From Fidelibacterota bacterium (GTDB lineage: Bacteria > Fidelibacterota > Marinisomatia > Marinisomatales > UBA1611), in NCBI GenBank assembly GCA_018692355.1, contig JABHKE010000136.1, positions 1-49,738 on the forward strand: DNA of 49,738 bases, in the 5' to 3' direction. Below are positions 12,352 to 22,866 of this stretch, in pieces. The position numbers were made by a program, and so were the translations under genes. Position 1 is the first letter of the stretch, and the number at the start of each line of letters is the position of its first letter. The notes under the pieces are model-generated. The model saw only the letters and a list, made by a program, of their open reading frames with translations, searched no databases and was not told the DNA's origin.

Positions 12352-13782
12352 TCATAATGAATTCTTTTCATTATAAAAGCATCCAATCCCAGTTATAGCC
12401 AAAGCCGGAGCGATCATGAAATTGATTAGCGATAAAAATTGCCAATGCCAATATTCTGAAACAGGCACGCCCAAAGTCATAACAATAAATAGGGCAGTGG
12501 GCGTCCAGGGCACAATACTTTCAAGCATAGTTCCCGTATCTTCAAGCGATCTGGATAGAACTTTCCGGTGAATTTTGAGTTGATCAAATTTTGTTTTAAA
12601 CGCATCGCCCACGATAAACGTGGTAGCATATTGGTTAGATGTCATGGCATTGGTAAAAGCAGTAGCCACCAATGTGGAAAGGATGGTAGCAGATCTTGAT
12701 TGAGCAAATCTAAATACTTTGTCAATTACTATCGGCATCGCATTAATGTGATCCATAGCACCAATAAAAATAAAAATAATCATGGCGGTGATCACCGCTT
12801 CAGCTAAATAATACAATCCACCACGGTTAACCAGTTCCATCACTTCCAAAGGGAGCGATGTGGCCCAGGGCGCCATGTCGGTATGAAACCCTTTATGGAG
12901 AGACGCTATAATTTGTTCCAGAGAAAACGGTTGGATGGCCAATGCCAAAAAGGAAGCGCTACCAATGGATATAAACATCACTGGTAAAGTGGGCATTCTT
13001 TTCAAAGAGCCAATCAATACCACCAACGGCGGAATCACCAATAATATATTAAATGTAAAAATGGATTGAAGACCGTTTAAAAATGCCAATGTTGAGAGTG
13101 TCTCCAGATTTTGAGAAAGAGGTGGATAGATGAACCCAAGCACGACATAAATGATGGCAGCAATTAGAGCTGAAGGGAAGGTGGTATAAGTCATGGAATG
13201 AATATGATCATATAAATCCACTCCGGTGGCCATGGCAGCAATATTGGTTGTATCAGATAGGGGGGACATTTTATCGCCAAAAAATGCACCACCGACAATA
13301 GCACCTACCGTGATGCCAAGGTTTGCACCCAATACAGTTGCAATACCCACAATCACGATTCCTACAGTCCCGACCGATCCCCAGGAAGTGCCTGTCATAG
13401 TGGAAAAAATAATAGGCACAATGAATGCAAAGAAATAAATATAAGACGGATGGATAATTTTAATTCCGTAATAGACCAGCATGGGAATGGTGCCGGAAAC
13501 AATCCAACTGGAAATAAGGATACCGATTGAAAAAATGATGAACCATGCAGGCATAGCGCTGGCTAGTTTTTTCACGATAGATTTCTGTATCTCTATCCAT
13601 GAATGACCCATCCATACCAATTGAATAATAGTAATGATTGCTGCAAGAATAAAAGTAATCTCCAGAGGCAACGCATCTTGTCCCAGAAATTGAGGGCGAA
13701 GAATTAATCCATATAGCACCAATACAATGAGGAATATAATGGGAGTGAGAGCGGATTTAAATGGGATTTTGGCTTGATTCAT
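12352..13782 (-). CDS. nhaC: NhaC family Na+/H+ antiporter / solute transporter
   Basis: GTSWGSVGT, GAFFGDKMSPLSDTTN, LSRSLEDTGT. Probable start is ATG 13782 (MNQAKIP). Confidence 0.9.
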   Translation of the reverse strand: MNQAKIPFKSALTPIIFLIVLVLYGLILRPQFLGQDALPLEITFILAAIITIIQLVWMGHSWIEIQKSIVKKLASAMPAWFIIFSIGILISSWIVSGTIPMLVYYGIKIIHPSYIYFFAFIVPIIFSTMTGTSWGSVGTVGIVIVGIATVLGANLGITVGAIVGGAFFGDKMSPLSDTTNIAAMATGVDLYDHIHSMTYTTFPSALIAAIIYVVLGFIYPPLSQNLETLSTLAFLNGLQSIFTFNILLVIPPLVVLIGSLKRMPTLPVMFISIGSASFLALAIQPFSLEQIIASLHKGFHTDMAPWATSLPLEVMELVNRGGLYYLAEAVITAMIIFIFIGAMDHINAMPIVIDKVFRFAQSRSATILSTLVATAFTNAMTSNQYATTFIVGDAFKTKFDQLKIHRKVLSRSLEDTGTMLESIVPWTPTALFIVMTLGVPVSEYWHWQFLSLINFMIAPALAITGIGCFYNEKNSL

Positions 13783-13925
13783 TATCAATTTTAATAAAAA
13801 GAAAGAAAGAATTAAAAGTATTAAACCCAAAAATAAAGTGCATACCAATAATCTCTCTATCCAAAATGAAGTTTAGGGGTTTAAAAAATGTATGAATATT
13901 GTTATTAGGATTTTATTATTTGTTT

Positions 13926-14987
13926 TTAAGTAACATTTCTCAAAAATAGTATTTCCAAAAACTTTGAGCCTATTGGGCATTCAATCATTGAATAATCCAT
14001 ACCACCGGGAATTGTAATTGAGTCACCTGTATTTAGTGAAAAAGTATTTTTTTGATCAATTTGTATGTTCAATTTTCCGTTTATAAGAAAAATAAAATGG
14101 AATTCTCCATTTTGAGTTTCTAAAGTTGATTTACTTTGTTCTAATGATCTCACTACTGAAACACGGGCTAATCCATTCGTAGCAGGATAAAATCCAAAAT
14201 CCTGTTTTTCAAATCCGGGATATCGGCACGGACGCCATTTTGCCTTTTTCGCAATATGATGGATAAAATTTTGTCCATTATAATTTCGATCAGGTTTTGT
14301 TTCACCAGTGGGGAGATTCGACTTTGGATCGGTACAGGTCATGTGACTTGCTGGTGAGCTTATCTCCACTACTTCAAACCCATCCGAATTTTCAAGTACC
14401 TGATGTCGGATTTCAGGTGGTTGCAACACGCAGTCACCCGCTTGAAAAATAAATGGACTGCCTTGGTCTTCATAAACCAATTTTGCCCAGCCTTTATTAC
14501 AAAAGATCATTTGAAACCGGATTTTATGAAAATGGACATAATCTGATACAGGCCCTGCTTTTAGAATTCTTATGTGAGATGCAATAAATCGTCCGCCGTA
14601 TCGATCCGGGATGAGGTCTCGATATTCCATTCCGGCCCGGCCGATCTTCCATTGTCCTTCCATCAATCTTGAATATTGGATGGATTGATTTCCTTCTGGA
14701 AGGATATAGGAACCATTTGGTTCATGAAACTGAATTAAAGTTCCATTTGGTGCTGTTAGATTATTGGATTTGGCTCCGGCAATAGAAATGGTTCCAGGAT
14801 GAATTGAATCATCTTTTTTGAAATGGATTCTTAATCCAAATCCATACATTATAGCTTCAGTAGGATCATCCGCCGGATAAATTGATTCCAATTGAAATCC
14901 CACTTTGTCCGAAAAAAATGATACGGTTTCATTTAAATTTCCAGAGGGGAGAACAATTTCAGCAGTTTGAATTTTAGAACCAGACAT
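13926..14987 (-). CDS. Cupin-domain protein with N-terminal VOC/glyoxalase-like region (bicupin-like)
   Basis: GRAGMEYRDLIPDR, HFHKIRFQMIFC...GDCVLQPPEIRHQ cupin motif; second degenerate cupin at the C-terminus; N-terminal 'VSFFSDKVGFQL' is VOC-like. Confidence 0.7.
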   Translation of the reverse strand: MSGSKIQTAEIVLPSGNLNETVSFFSDKVGFQLESIYPADDPTEAIMYGFGLRIHFKKDDSIHPGTISIAGAKSNNLTAPNGTLIQFHEPNGSYILPEGNQSIQYSRLMEGQWKIGRAGMEYRDLIPDRYGGRFIASHIRILKAGPVSDYVHFHKIRFQMIFCNKGWAKLVYEDQGSPFIFQAGDCVLQPPEIRHQVLENSDGFEVVEISSPASHMTCTDPKSNLPTGETKPDRNYNGQNFIHHIAKKAKWRPCRYPGFEKQDFGFYPATNGLARVSVVRSLEQSKSTLETQNGEFHFIFLINGKLNIQIDQKNTFSLNTGDSITIPGGMDYSMIECPIGSKFLEILFLRNVT

Positions 14988-15529
14988 TATTTCATTTCAT
15001 TTTCAAGGTCAACGCCTAATCCTTCTGCTATCCGGTTGATATAATTAAAATAGGAAACAACCTGAGCTGCATCGCTAATTGCATCTTCAGAAAATCCAAT
15101 TCCCGTAAGGGCATCAATATCTAATTTTTGCATATCGCCTGGCGACAGGGTCAATTTTTCTGCCCAGGCACAAAGTGCTTTATCTTTCGCAGTTAGATCT
15201 GCCTTTTTCCAATCTTTCTTTAATTGCTCAGCTAATTCCTTATTACCGACTTCATCCCGGAAGTCATTCCCGTGGGCTTCAATTCAGTATTTGCAATGAT
15301 TCACTTGGGAAACGACTGTGGCAATCATTTCTCGCTGTGCCCGGGACAGTTTCGATTCGCCAAACATGATTGCGAGATACAGCCGCATGGCTTCTTTCAA
15401 TGCAGATGGACTTTGGCTCATAATCTTTAAAATATTAAAAACACGTCCTGATCGCCGAATCCCTTTGTCGTATTCATTTTTGACAATCCCCTCAGCTTGA
15501 TCAATATCAATTGTTTTTATGAAAGTCAT
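14987..15529 (-). CDS. AhpD/CMD-like peroxidase-related protein, probable selenoprotein (in-frame TGA at 15284-15286, CxxU)
   Basis: The ORF track stops at ...VNHCKY*. Reading through TGA gives CKY-U-IEAH...ALCAWAEKLTLSP...AAQVVSYFNYINRIAEGLGVDLENEMK* (180 aa), a complete AhpD-like protein whose TAA overlaps the next ATG (TAATG at 14985-14989). Confidence 0.85.
15248..15286 (-). promoter_or_regulatory. Putative bacterial SECIS element
   Basis: mRNA reads UGA-AUUGAAGCCCACGGGAAU-GACUUC-CGGGAU-GAAGUC: a perfect 6-bp stem whose loop begins 24 nt after the UGA and has G in its second position. Confidence 0.7.
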
Positions 15530-15531
15530 TA

Positions 15532-16887
15532 TTATTCTATTTCCTCAATAAGGTCTTGATTCATCCTTGCTTCATAATCGAATCCTTCTTTTTTCCCTAG
15601 AGATTTCCCCATCCAATAGATCCCAGTTCCAATAAGCCCTCCAATCAAGACCCAAAGAAATACATTTGGCAGAGTTATGAATGTAAAATATCCCATGGTG
15701 AGTATAACAATTCCACCCATGAGCCAAAGGGCAGGGATAGGTGGCTTGAATTTAGCAGATTCATACAATGATGGGTTTACATAGGGAAGGCTAATTAATG
15801 CGATACCCTGGATCAAATAAATAATAAAAATTCCAACTAATCCTGTATTCAACAGGAAGATTGCAGATTTTGACCAGATGAGTGCAATACAAATCACAGC
15901 GCTAATGATTAAACTAACATAAGGTGTCCGCCAGGTGGGATGAATTTTCGATAAAATTGGTGGCATAAGCCGATCTTCGCTGAAAACAAAGAACATTCTG
16001 GAAGGTACGAGGATGGACCCATTGATACTGGTTAAGAAAGCACTCATGGCGCCAATGGCGACAATGCCCGATCCCCATTTTGGTAAATAAACCCCTGCAG
16101 CATCCGCCATGGCAGATTGTGATGTTGCCAGAGATTCTGCCGGAAGGACACCAAAAGCGACAAATGACATGAGCACGAAGATCACAACCGAAATCAAAAC
16201 ACCGCGAATAAAGATCATGGGCAATGTTCGGGTGGGGTCTTTCGTTTCACCTGCAATCTGGGAGAGAGTCTCGAATCCTGCATAACTGAAAAACAACATG
16301 GGCATAGCTTCCATGAGTCCGCCAATTCCTTTGGGTAAAATCGGATCATAATAGGAAAGATCGACGGCGAATAAACCAGGAAGGACCAATACCAGAATGC
16401 TGATGATTAAAATTCCCAACATGAAAGTTTGGATATGACCATAATGTTTTATTCCAACCATATTTATACCATAGAAAAAAATCAGTGCGATCGAAGCCCA
16501 TACTTTTGGATCTGCGGTGGGATAAAAATAAGTCAAATATTCCCCAAAACTTGTAGACATGAAAGCAATGGCACCAATGAAGGCAAGGAGTTTCATCCAC
16601 ATGGCAATAAACCCCAGATAATAATTTTTGAAGGTTCTGGAAATATGAATGTAGGCACCCCCAGGACGATTACCAAGAGGCGTGGAAACAAATACACTAT
16701 ATGTCAGGGCAGTGCAAATAATAATAGGTGCAAAAAGAAGGTAGGCCAAAGGGACAGAAGATCCGGCAACCGCACCGGCTTCACCTGTAACCCTGAATAT
16801 ACCTGCACCCACCAAAATTCCAATTATGGTGGCATATCCAGAAAGTGGGCCTAAGTCCCGGCGGAGTTTGTTTTGTTTATTTATCAT
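15532..16887 (-). CDS. APC family amino acid permease
   Basis: LRRDLG...IGILVGAGIF, GGAYIHISRTF, FSYAGFE...AGETKDPTRTLP; ~12 TMs. Confidence 0.92.
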   Translation of the reverse strand: MINKQNKLRRDLGPLSGYATIIGILVGAGIFRVTGEAGAVAGSSVPLAYLLFAPIIICTALTYSVFVSTPLGNRPGGAYIHISRTFKNYYLGFIAMWMKLLAFIGAIAFMSTSFGEYLTYFYPTADPKVWASIALIFFYGINMVGIKHYGHIQTFMLGILIISILVLVLPGLFAVDLSYYDPILPKGIGGLMEAMPMLFFSYAGFETLSQIAGETKDPTRTLPMIFIRGVLISVVIFVLMSFVAFGVLPAESLATSQSAMADAAGVYLPKWGSGIVAIGAMSAFLTSINGSILVPSRMFFVFSEDRLMPPILSKIHPTWRTPYVSLIISAVICIALIWSKSAIFLLNTGLVGIFIIYLIQGIALISLPYVNPSLYESAKFKPPIPALWLMGGIVILTMGYFTFITLPNVFLWVLIGGLIGTGIYWMGKSLGKKEGFDYEARMNQDLIEEIE

Positions 16888-17027
16888 TCAAGTATTTTAT
16901 GTAAATCGCATCTGAAGATATTGGAATCCATTGACAAGTTTTGTTTTAAAAGGAGATGAAATAAGGGTAGTATAAAAGCAGAATTTCCATATCGAGTGGA
17001 TATGAATTTATAAAGGAATTTAGATAA

Positions 17028-17648
17028 TTATTGAAACAACTTCCTCATCTGATTCACCCCATTCCTAACACAGATTTCCATGGCACGGTGGAGTTCAAGA
17101 CTGCTGTACCAATAGGAATTGGACCATACCAATGCTTCGGAATCTGCATCAATCATTTTGAGCATAATCCCGACTCTGGCACTTGTATAATTCACTTTAC
17201 TCCCAGAAGAAATGGCGCCACCATCAGTTTTGGTAGTTGTGGATGATGCTGTTTTTGCATTATCTGCGTCTGCATCGGCTGAAGCAGATTGGCTCACAGT
17301 TGTGGTGGTTGAACCATGGTCTTCGTATCGATAGGGAACAATGATTATTTCTGAATCAGTGAATTCCGTAATAATGCAAGAGAGTTCAAGGGTTTTCCCT
17401 CCATGTCCAAGGGTTATTGTGGGAAAATCACTTGATAATTCATTTACATTAAATCCATACTTCAGGAAACTATGGGAAAGACTAGTTTCAACCATTTCAC
17501 CAGAGCCGGAAATATAGGCATGATCATTAACTGGGATAATTTTAATATAACTCACAGTGGTAAAATCATAACTCTCATTTACAGCGGGGCCATTCCAGCA
17601 GGAAGCAAATAAGAAAATTATTGAAATAGAAAAAAATGGTTTTATCAT
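17028..17648 (-). CDS. Hypothetical lipoprotein
   Basis: Lipobox-like FASC17; C-terminal 'ARVGIMLKMIDADSEALVW' resembles CsgG/LpoB-like folds; Ser/Thr/Ala-rich insertion. Confidence 0.6.
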   Translation of the reverse strand: MIKPFFSISIIFLFASCWNGPAVNESYDFTTVSYIKIIPVNDHAYISGSGEMVETSLSHSFLKYGFNVNELSSDFPTITLGHGGKTLELSCIITEFTDSEIIIVPYRYEDHGSTTTTVSQSASADADADNAKTASSTTTKTDGGAISSGSKVNYTSARVGIMLKMIDADSEALVWSNSYWYSSLELHRAMEICVRNGVNQMRKLFQ

Positions 17649-17947
17649 TCCTGGCTCAAGCTTTGGATGTGCACCTTGGCTTCACTACTTAAAATTTCAT
17701 TTTTAGAATATTTTAAGCAATATTGCCATGCTATCAACGCGTGATTGGGTTCATCCAAGGCTTCATGAAGTAAAGCTTTCATGCGATAGATATCTGGATT
17801 GGTCATATCACTTTTTTGAGAAACAGAAATATGGCCTAAAGCTTCCTTGTACATCCCAGCTTTCATTGCAGCGGATGCTTTTGCCATTGCATCTCCGGAT
17901 CCACCTAATAAAAGAGTGGTGGCTAATATAAGTGAAAAATACTTCAT
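17645..17947 (-). CDS. Small exported TPR-like protein
   Basis: Signal peptide followed by helical TPR-like pattern (YKEALGH...YRMKALLHEAL...ALIAWQ); overlaps both neighbours. Confidence 0.6.
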   Translation of the reverse strand: MKYFSLILATTLLLGGSGDAMAKASAAMKAGMYKEALGHISVSQKSDMTNPDIYRMKALLHEALDEPNHALIAWQYCLKYSKNEILSSEAKVHIQSLSQE

Positions 17948-18357
17948 GATGATTGTTCCTCTTTCGAAAGATGATGGATGGCGCGCAATACATCCCGCCG
18001 GCTGATCTGTCCCACCAATTTATCCCCTTCCAAAATGGGGAATCTCCTGAACCGGGAATTCAAGAAGCTGTCTGCCACATTGGACAGGGTCTCGTTGACG
18101 TCAATGGTAGTGACCTCTGTGGACATATATTCTTTCACATATCCACCAAGATTGTTGTAATAGGATGCCTCAAAGAGAGTTTTCATACAATCTTTCTCAG
18201 AAAGGATCCCTACCAACTTACCCTTAACATCTACAACAGGTGCCCCGGATATTTTATGGGTTAAAAAAGACTCAATGGCTGTTTCAATTGGCGTATCAGG
18301 AGAGAAAGTTATAAGGTTGGTAGCCATAAATTCATGAATAGCATAATGTATATTCAT
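17944..18357 (-). CDS. CBS domain pair protein
   Basis: ISGAPVVD..GKLVGILSEKD and RRFPILEGDKLVGQISRRD. Start is ATG 18357 or TTG 18375. Confidence 0.9.
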   Translation of the reverse strand: MNIHYAIHEFMATNLITFSPDTPIETAIESFLTHKISGAPVVDVKGKLVGILSEKDCMKTLFEASYYNNLGGYVKEYMSTEVTTIDVNETLSNVADSFLNSRFRRFPILEGDKLVGQISRRDVLRAIHHLSKEEQSS

Positions 18358-18543
18358 TTGAGAGTTCCTTATCAAGTTTAATTGAAATTAGAGCCATCAA
18401 GACCATAAAACAACCACAGGAGTAAATTGTTTCAGTCACTCATTTGTTAATTGTGTTTGTCGAAATACTCGGGGAATTAATAATCTATTTTCCATCTTTT
18501 TTAAAAAATATTTCCGATCTTCATTCCATAAATGTGCGATATA

Positions 18544-19407
18544 TTATTCAAACAAAGAAGACTCTTGAGAAAGGAGCCATCGGGCCCGATCCTGATAAAA
18601 TAAGTTTTCTGCTATAACATCGGGGTTGGCTGAAAAATCAGCATCTATTACATCAGTGAGCATTGTATGGAACTGCTCTCGATTTCCTGCTTTTTGGTGA
18701 TAGAATTCCGCCATATGAACCGCATTGCCGAGGTAATCCGGATTAGCAGAGAGTGCCTGATTAAAATAGGTTTCTGATTGGGATAATTCTATCCCAGGAA
18801 TTCGGGTATAAAGAGATCCAAAAAACCGATAGGGGCCGCTATAATAAAATCCCGGTTCCAATGACAAGGTTCGATGCATCAAAACCTCTAATATTTCCCG
18901 ATGGTTTAATCGTTCGATTACTGGTCTTGTATTTAGATACCGTGCCAGATTTGTGGCCCACCAGAATAAACCGGGAACAACAGAAATAGGTACCTCTGCA
19001 AATGCAGTAAGCATTTTATAGGTACTGTCACCTTGAGCATTATTATAGATCACAGAAAAATCCTGATGATTTAATACTGCATCCTGACAAAGTTGGCTTG
19101 CCTGTAAAAATAAACTATTCTGTGTTTCACCATCTTTTTCAAAAAATAATCCACGGGTGTACAGAATTTGTGCATATAAAATAGCGATATCGAATTGATC
19201 AGGACGCTGTTGACAGGCAAGACTGATAAAATGTTCAGCTTTTTTCAGGGTTAAAGAGTCTGATCTCTGTTGCCAAAATAATTCTCCTTGCTCAATCAGA
19301 AATTCTACATTTTGAGTATTGTCAATTGAATCTTGCTGGGTGCCGGCACAATCCAGTAAAATGAATCCTAAAAATATAATAGGAAATAGGATGTATTTTT
19401 GTTTCAA
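18544..19407 (-). CDS. TatT-like (TRAP transporter T-component) TPR lipoprotein
   Basis: Lipobox-like LLDC; GLFWWATNLA, LEPGFYYSGPYRFFGSLY, NPDYLGNAV..AEFY, AENLFYQDRARWLL are typical of TatT. Confidence 0.7.
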   Translation of the reverse strand: MKQKYILFPIIFLGFILLDCAGTQQDSIDNTQNVEFLIEQGELFWQQRSDSLTLKKAEHFISLACQQRPDQFDIAILYAQILYTRGLFFEKDGETQNSLFLQASQLCQDAVLNHQDFSVIYNNAQGDSTYKMLTAFAEVPISVVPGLFWWATNLARYLNTRPVIERLNHREILEVLMHRTLSLEPGFYYSGPYRFFGSLYTRIPGIELSQSETYFNQALSANPDYLGNAVHMAEFYHQKAGNREQFHTMLTDVIDADFSANPDVIAENLFYQDRARWLLSQESSLFE

Positions 19408-19466
19408 GTTATGAAGGGTCCTTTAGCCTAAATTTCGAGGGATGAAATTACAGCCTACATTGGAAT

Positions 19467-20432
19467 ATGGAAAAGGTCATTGAACTAAAAACGCTTGAGC
19501 CCATAGCATTGCTAGGTGTGGCTGATACCCATATAAAACTCATCGAAGCAGCAATTCCTGCAACCATCATTGCCCGAGGTGAAACGATCAAGATTCGGGG
19601 AGAAAATCCTGATGTTGAACATATTCATCAAATTCTTCATGAAATGATGGAAACCCTTACAGGAAAAGGTAGCCTTACCGTAAGAGATGTACAAAATCTT
19701 ATTGCCCTTGTTACCTCGGAAAATGAAAAATCAAATGGTGAAATCTGCGTACCGGGAATTGTGATCCATTATGGTAAAAAAGGTGCAATAGTACCGAAAA
19801 CAAAGGGTCAGGAAGCTTATGTAAAAATAGTTCGAAAAAATGATGTGGTTTTCAGCATAGGTCCTGCAGGTACCGGAAAAACGTTTCTCGCTGTGGCTCT
19901 TGCAGTGGCGGCATTGGAAAACCATGAGGTGGATCGAATCATCCTTTGTAGACCAGCAGTTGAAGCAGGAGAGAGCCTTGGGTTTCTTCCCGGCGATTTG
20001 AAGGAAAAAGTTGATCCTTATTTAGCCCCTTTATATGATTCACTCCGAAGGATGCTTCCTGAAAATAAATTGACAAAACTTTTTGAACAAAAGACTATAG
20101 AAGTTATTCCCCTAGCGTATATGCGGGGCAGGACATTGGATAGCGCCTACATGATACTAGATGAAGCGCAAAATGCCACTTTGATGCAAATGAAAATGTT
20201 TCTCACCAGACTTGGCATTGGTTCCCGAGCGATTGTAACTGGTGATATTACACAAATTGATCTCCAACGACGAACCGATTCAGGATTGGTCCAAGTTTCA
20301 AATATCTTGAATAATGTAGAAGGTATTGGATTTGTCACTTTAGATTGTAATGATGTGGTACGGCATTCGCTTGTAATGAAAATAATCCAAGCTTATGACG
20401 AAAATTTTTCCATTGAGAAAAATATAAAATAA
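19467..20432 (+). CDS. phoH: PhoH family ATPase
   Basis: GPAGTGKTFLA, RPAVEAGESLGFLPGD, AYMRGRTL, DEAQN, GDITQIDL. Confidence 0.95.
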   Translation: MEKVIELKTLEPIALLGVADTHIKLIEAAIPATIIARGETIKIRGENPDVEHIHQILHEMMETLTGKGSLTVRDVQNLIALVTSENEKSNGEICVPGIVIHYGKKGAIVPKTKGQEAYVKIVRKNDVVFSIGPAGTGKTFLAVALAVAALENHEVDRIILCRPAVEAGESLGFLPGDLKEKVDPYLAPLYDSLRRMLPENKLTKLFEQKTIEVIPLAYMRGRTLDSAYMILDEAQNATLMQMKMFLTRLGIGSRAIVTGDITQIDLQRRTDSGLVQVSNILNNVEGIGFVTLDCNDVVRHSLVMKIIQAYDENFSIEKNIK

Positions 20433-20545
20433 TTAAAATAATGGAAGGTTTCTATCTAAAAATACTTCCATCTATTTTCAGGGAAAAGATTGGAATTATT
20501 TTTTAATTTAAAGACTCTCATATACACGAATTTTAAAGGAATACA

Positions 20546-21727
20546 ATGCAACGGCAATCAGTTATTGTTGCGGCGAAACGGACACCCATCGGCGCATTTC
20601 AAGGTAATTTATCATCCGTATTGGCTCCAAAGCTTGGAGCAATTGCGATTAAAGCAGTAGTGGAAGAAACTGGCATCGATAAATCCCAAATAAATGAAGT
20701 CATCATGGGAAATGTTTTATCAGCTGGAATCGGACAAGCCCCGGCAAGGCAGGCAAGCATTCAAGCAGGATTACCCAATTCGGTAGAGGCGCTGACCATC
20801 AACAAAATGTGCGGTTCTGGCTTAAAAGCAGTGATGATGGCTGACCAAGTTATTCGCGGCGGTGATGCGGATGTTGTAATCGCTGGCGGTATGGAAAGTA
20901 TGTCCAATGCACCCTATCTCCTGCAAAATGCTCGTGCTGGTCAACGGCTTGGTCATGGAAAAATGATTGATAGTATGATTCACGATGGCCTTTGGGATGC
21001 TTACAATGATACCCATATGGGCAATTGCGCCGAAATGCTTTCTAAAGATCGGAATTATACGCGTGAAGCCCAGGATGAATTTGCCGTTATATCCTACAAA
21101 CGTGCCCAAAAAGCACAGGCAGAAGGTGTTTTCGATTCAGAAATCGTTTCCGTTGAAATACCTCAGAGAAATGGAAACCCAATAAAAGTTTTGGAAGATG
21201 AGGAACCGGGTAAGGCCAGATTTGATAAAATTTCTACACTACGACCAGCTTTTGAAAAGGACGGTGCCATCACTGCAGCCAATGCTTCCAAACTGAACGA
21301 TGGGGCCGCTGCTGTTTTAATTATGAGTGCAGAAAAAGCCAATGAATTGGGACTCTCTCCGATTGCACGTATTAATGCTCAGGCTTCTGCCGCCCACGAA
21401 CCGGAATGGTTTACTACCGCACCGGGGAAAGCCATTGGCAAGGTATTAAAAAAAGCGAATCTATCAGCAAATGATATCGGTCTTTGGGAAATCAATGAAG
21501 CATTTTCCGTAGTTACTATGGCAACTATTGATGATTTTAAAATTGATCCTGCTAAAGTAAATATTTATGGTGGTGCTGTGGCTATCGGGCACCCCATCGG
21601 TGCTTCCGGAGCACGGATATTTACAACCTTGATGAATGGTATGGTCAGGACCGAAACAAAATACGGATTAGCAACTCTTTGTATTGGTGGTGGAGAAGCA
21701 TCCGCTTTGATCGTGGAAAAAGTATGA
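20546..21727 (+). CDS. Acetyl-CoA C-acetyltransferase (thiolase)
   Basis: NKMCGSG, EINEAF, GHPIGASG, LCIGGG. Confidence 0.96.
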   Translation: MQRQSVIVAAKRTPIGAFQGNLSSVLAPKLGAIAIKAVVEETGIDKSQINEVIMGNVLSAGIGQAPARQASIQAGLPNSVEALTINKMCGSGLKAVMMADQVIRGGDADVVIAGGMESMSNAPYLLQNARAGQRLGHGKMIDSMIHDGLWDAYNDTHMGNCAEMLSKDRNYTREAQDEFAVISYKRAQKAQAEGVFDSEIVSVEIPQRNGNPIKVLEDEEPGKARFDKISTLRPAFEKDGAITAANASKLNDGAAAVLIMSAEKANELGLSPIARINAQASAAHEPEWFTTAPGKAIGKVLKKANLSANDIGLWEINEAFSVVTMATIDDFKIDPAKVNIYGGAVAIGHPIGASGARIFTTLMNGMVRTETKYGLATLCIGGGEASALIVEKV

Positions 21728-22866
21728 TCGATTTCACCCTAACATCTGAACAGGAACTCATCCAAAAAACTGCCCGGGAATTTGCAAAAGAACATTTAGC
21801 ACCCGGTGTAATTGAACGGGATGATAAAGCTGAATTTCCTACTGAACAAATTAAAATGATGGGTGAATTAGGCTTTATGGGCATGATGGTTCCGGAAGAA
21901 TGGGGCGGTGCAGGTTTTGATACATTAACCTATGTAATCGCTATGGAAGAGATCGCCGCTATTGAACTTGCAACATCTACGGTCATGTCTGTAAATAATT
22001 CTCTCGTTTGTCAACTTTTTGTGGATTATGGTACCGAAGATCAAAAAGAAAAGTATTTAAAACCACTGGCAATAGGTGAAAAACTAGGTGCCTACAGTTT
22101 AAGCGAACCCGAATCAGGTTCAGATGCCAGCAACATGAGAACGTTTGCAAAAAAAGAAGGGAATCATTATGTGATCAATGGAACCAAAAATTGGGTCACA
22201 AATGGAATTAATGGGGATATTGTCATTCTATTTTGTATGACAGAAAAAAGTGTTGGTTATAAAGGAATTTCTGCATTTGTTGTTGAAAAAGGGACACCTG
22301 GGTTATCTACTGGAAAAAAAGAAAACAAATTGGGAATTCGTGCGTCGGACACGTGTGAACTCTATTTTGAGAATTGTCGGACTCCTGGTGAAAATATGAT
22401 TGGTGAAGAAGGTCAGGGATTCAAAGTGGCTATGAAAGCATTGGGCGGTGGACGAATCGGAATTGCCGCACAGGCACTTGGATTAGCCCGTGCTGCATTG
22501 GATGCAAGTATATCCTACGCAAAAGAACGAAAACAGTTTGGAAAAACCATCGGCGAATTTGGTGCTATCCAGAATAAGTTGGCCGATATGGCTACAGAAA
22601 TTGATGCTGCACGAATGCTGGTATGGCGTGCAGCAAAATTAAAGGACGACGGTAAAAATTATTATCGAGAAAGTTCCATGGCAAAACTTTATGCATCATC
22701 CACAGCCATGAAAGCAGCAACAGAATGTGTGCAAATTCATGGTGGGTATGGGTACATGCAGGAATATGGTGTGGAACGACTCATGAGGGATGCGAAAATT
22801 ACACAGATCTATGAGGGCACATCCGAAATCCAACAACTTGTTATTGGCAGAGATTTATTAAAATGA
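21724..22866 (+). CDS. Acyl-CoA dehydrogenase (short/branched-chain type)
   Basis: [48 protein letters not shown]. Start ATG 21724 overlaps the thiolase stop (ATGA). Confidence 0.95.
   Translation: MIDFTLTSEQELIQKTAREFAKEHLAPGVIERDDKAEFPTEQIKMMGELGFMGMMVPEEWGGAGFDTLTYVIAMEEIAAIELATSTVMSVNNSLVCQLFVDYGTEDQKEKYLKPLAIGEKLGAYSLSEPESGSDASNMRTFAKKEGNHYVINGTKNWVTNGINGDIVILFCMTEKSVGYKGISAFVVEKGTPGLSTGKKENKLGIRASDTCELYFENCRTPGENMIGEEGQGFKVAMKALGGGRIGIAAQALGLARAALDASISYAKERKQFGKTIGEFGAIQNKLADMATEIDAARMLVWRAAKLKDDGKNYYRESSMAKLYASSTAMKAATECVQIHGGYGYMQEYGVERLMRDAKITQIYEGTSEIQQLVIGRDLLK

Noticed and set aside
15284-15529. 81-aa stand-alone ORF or pseudogene interpretation
   Set aside because: The TGA sits at the catalytic Cys position, the downstream frame is intact and coupled to the next gene, and a SECIS-like stem follows; Sec readthrough explains it better.
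16931-16960. TTGACA -35 hexamer on the plus strand
   Set aside because: No -10 at proper spacing and no plus-strand gene downstream.
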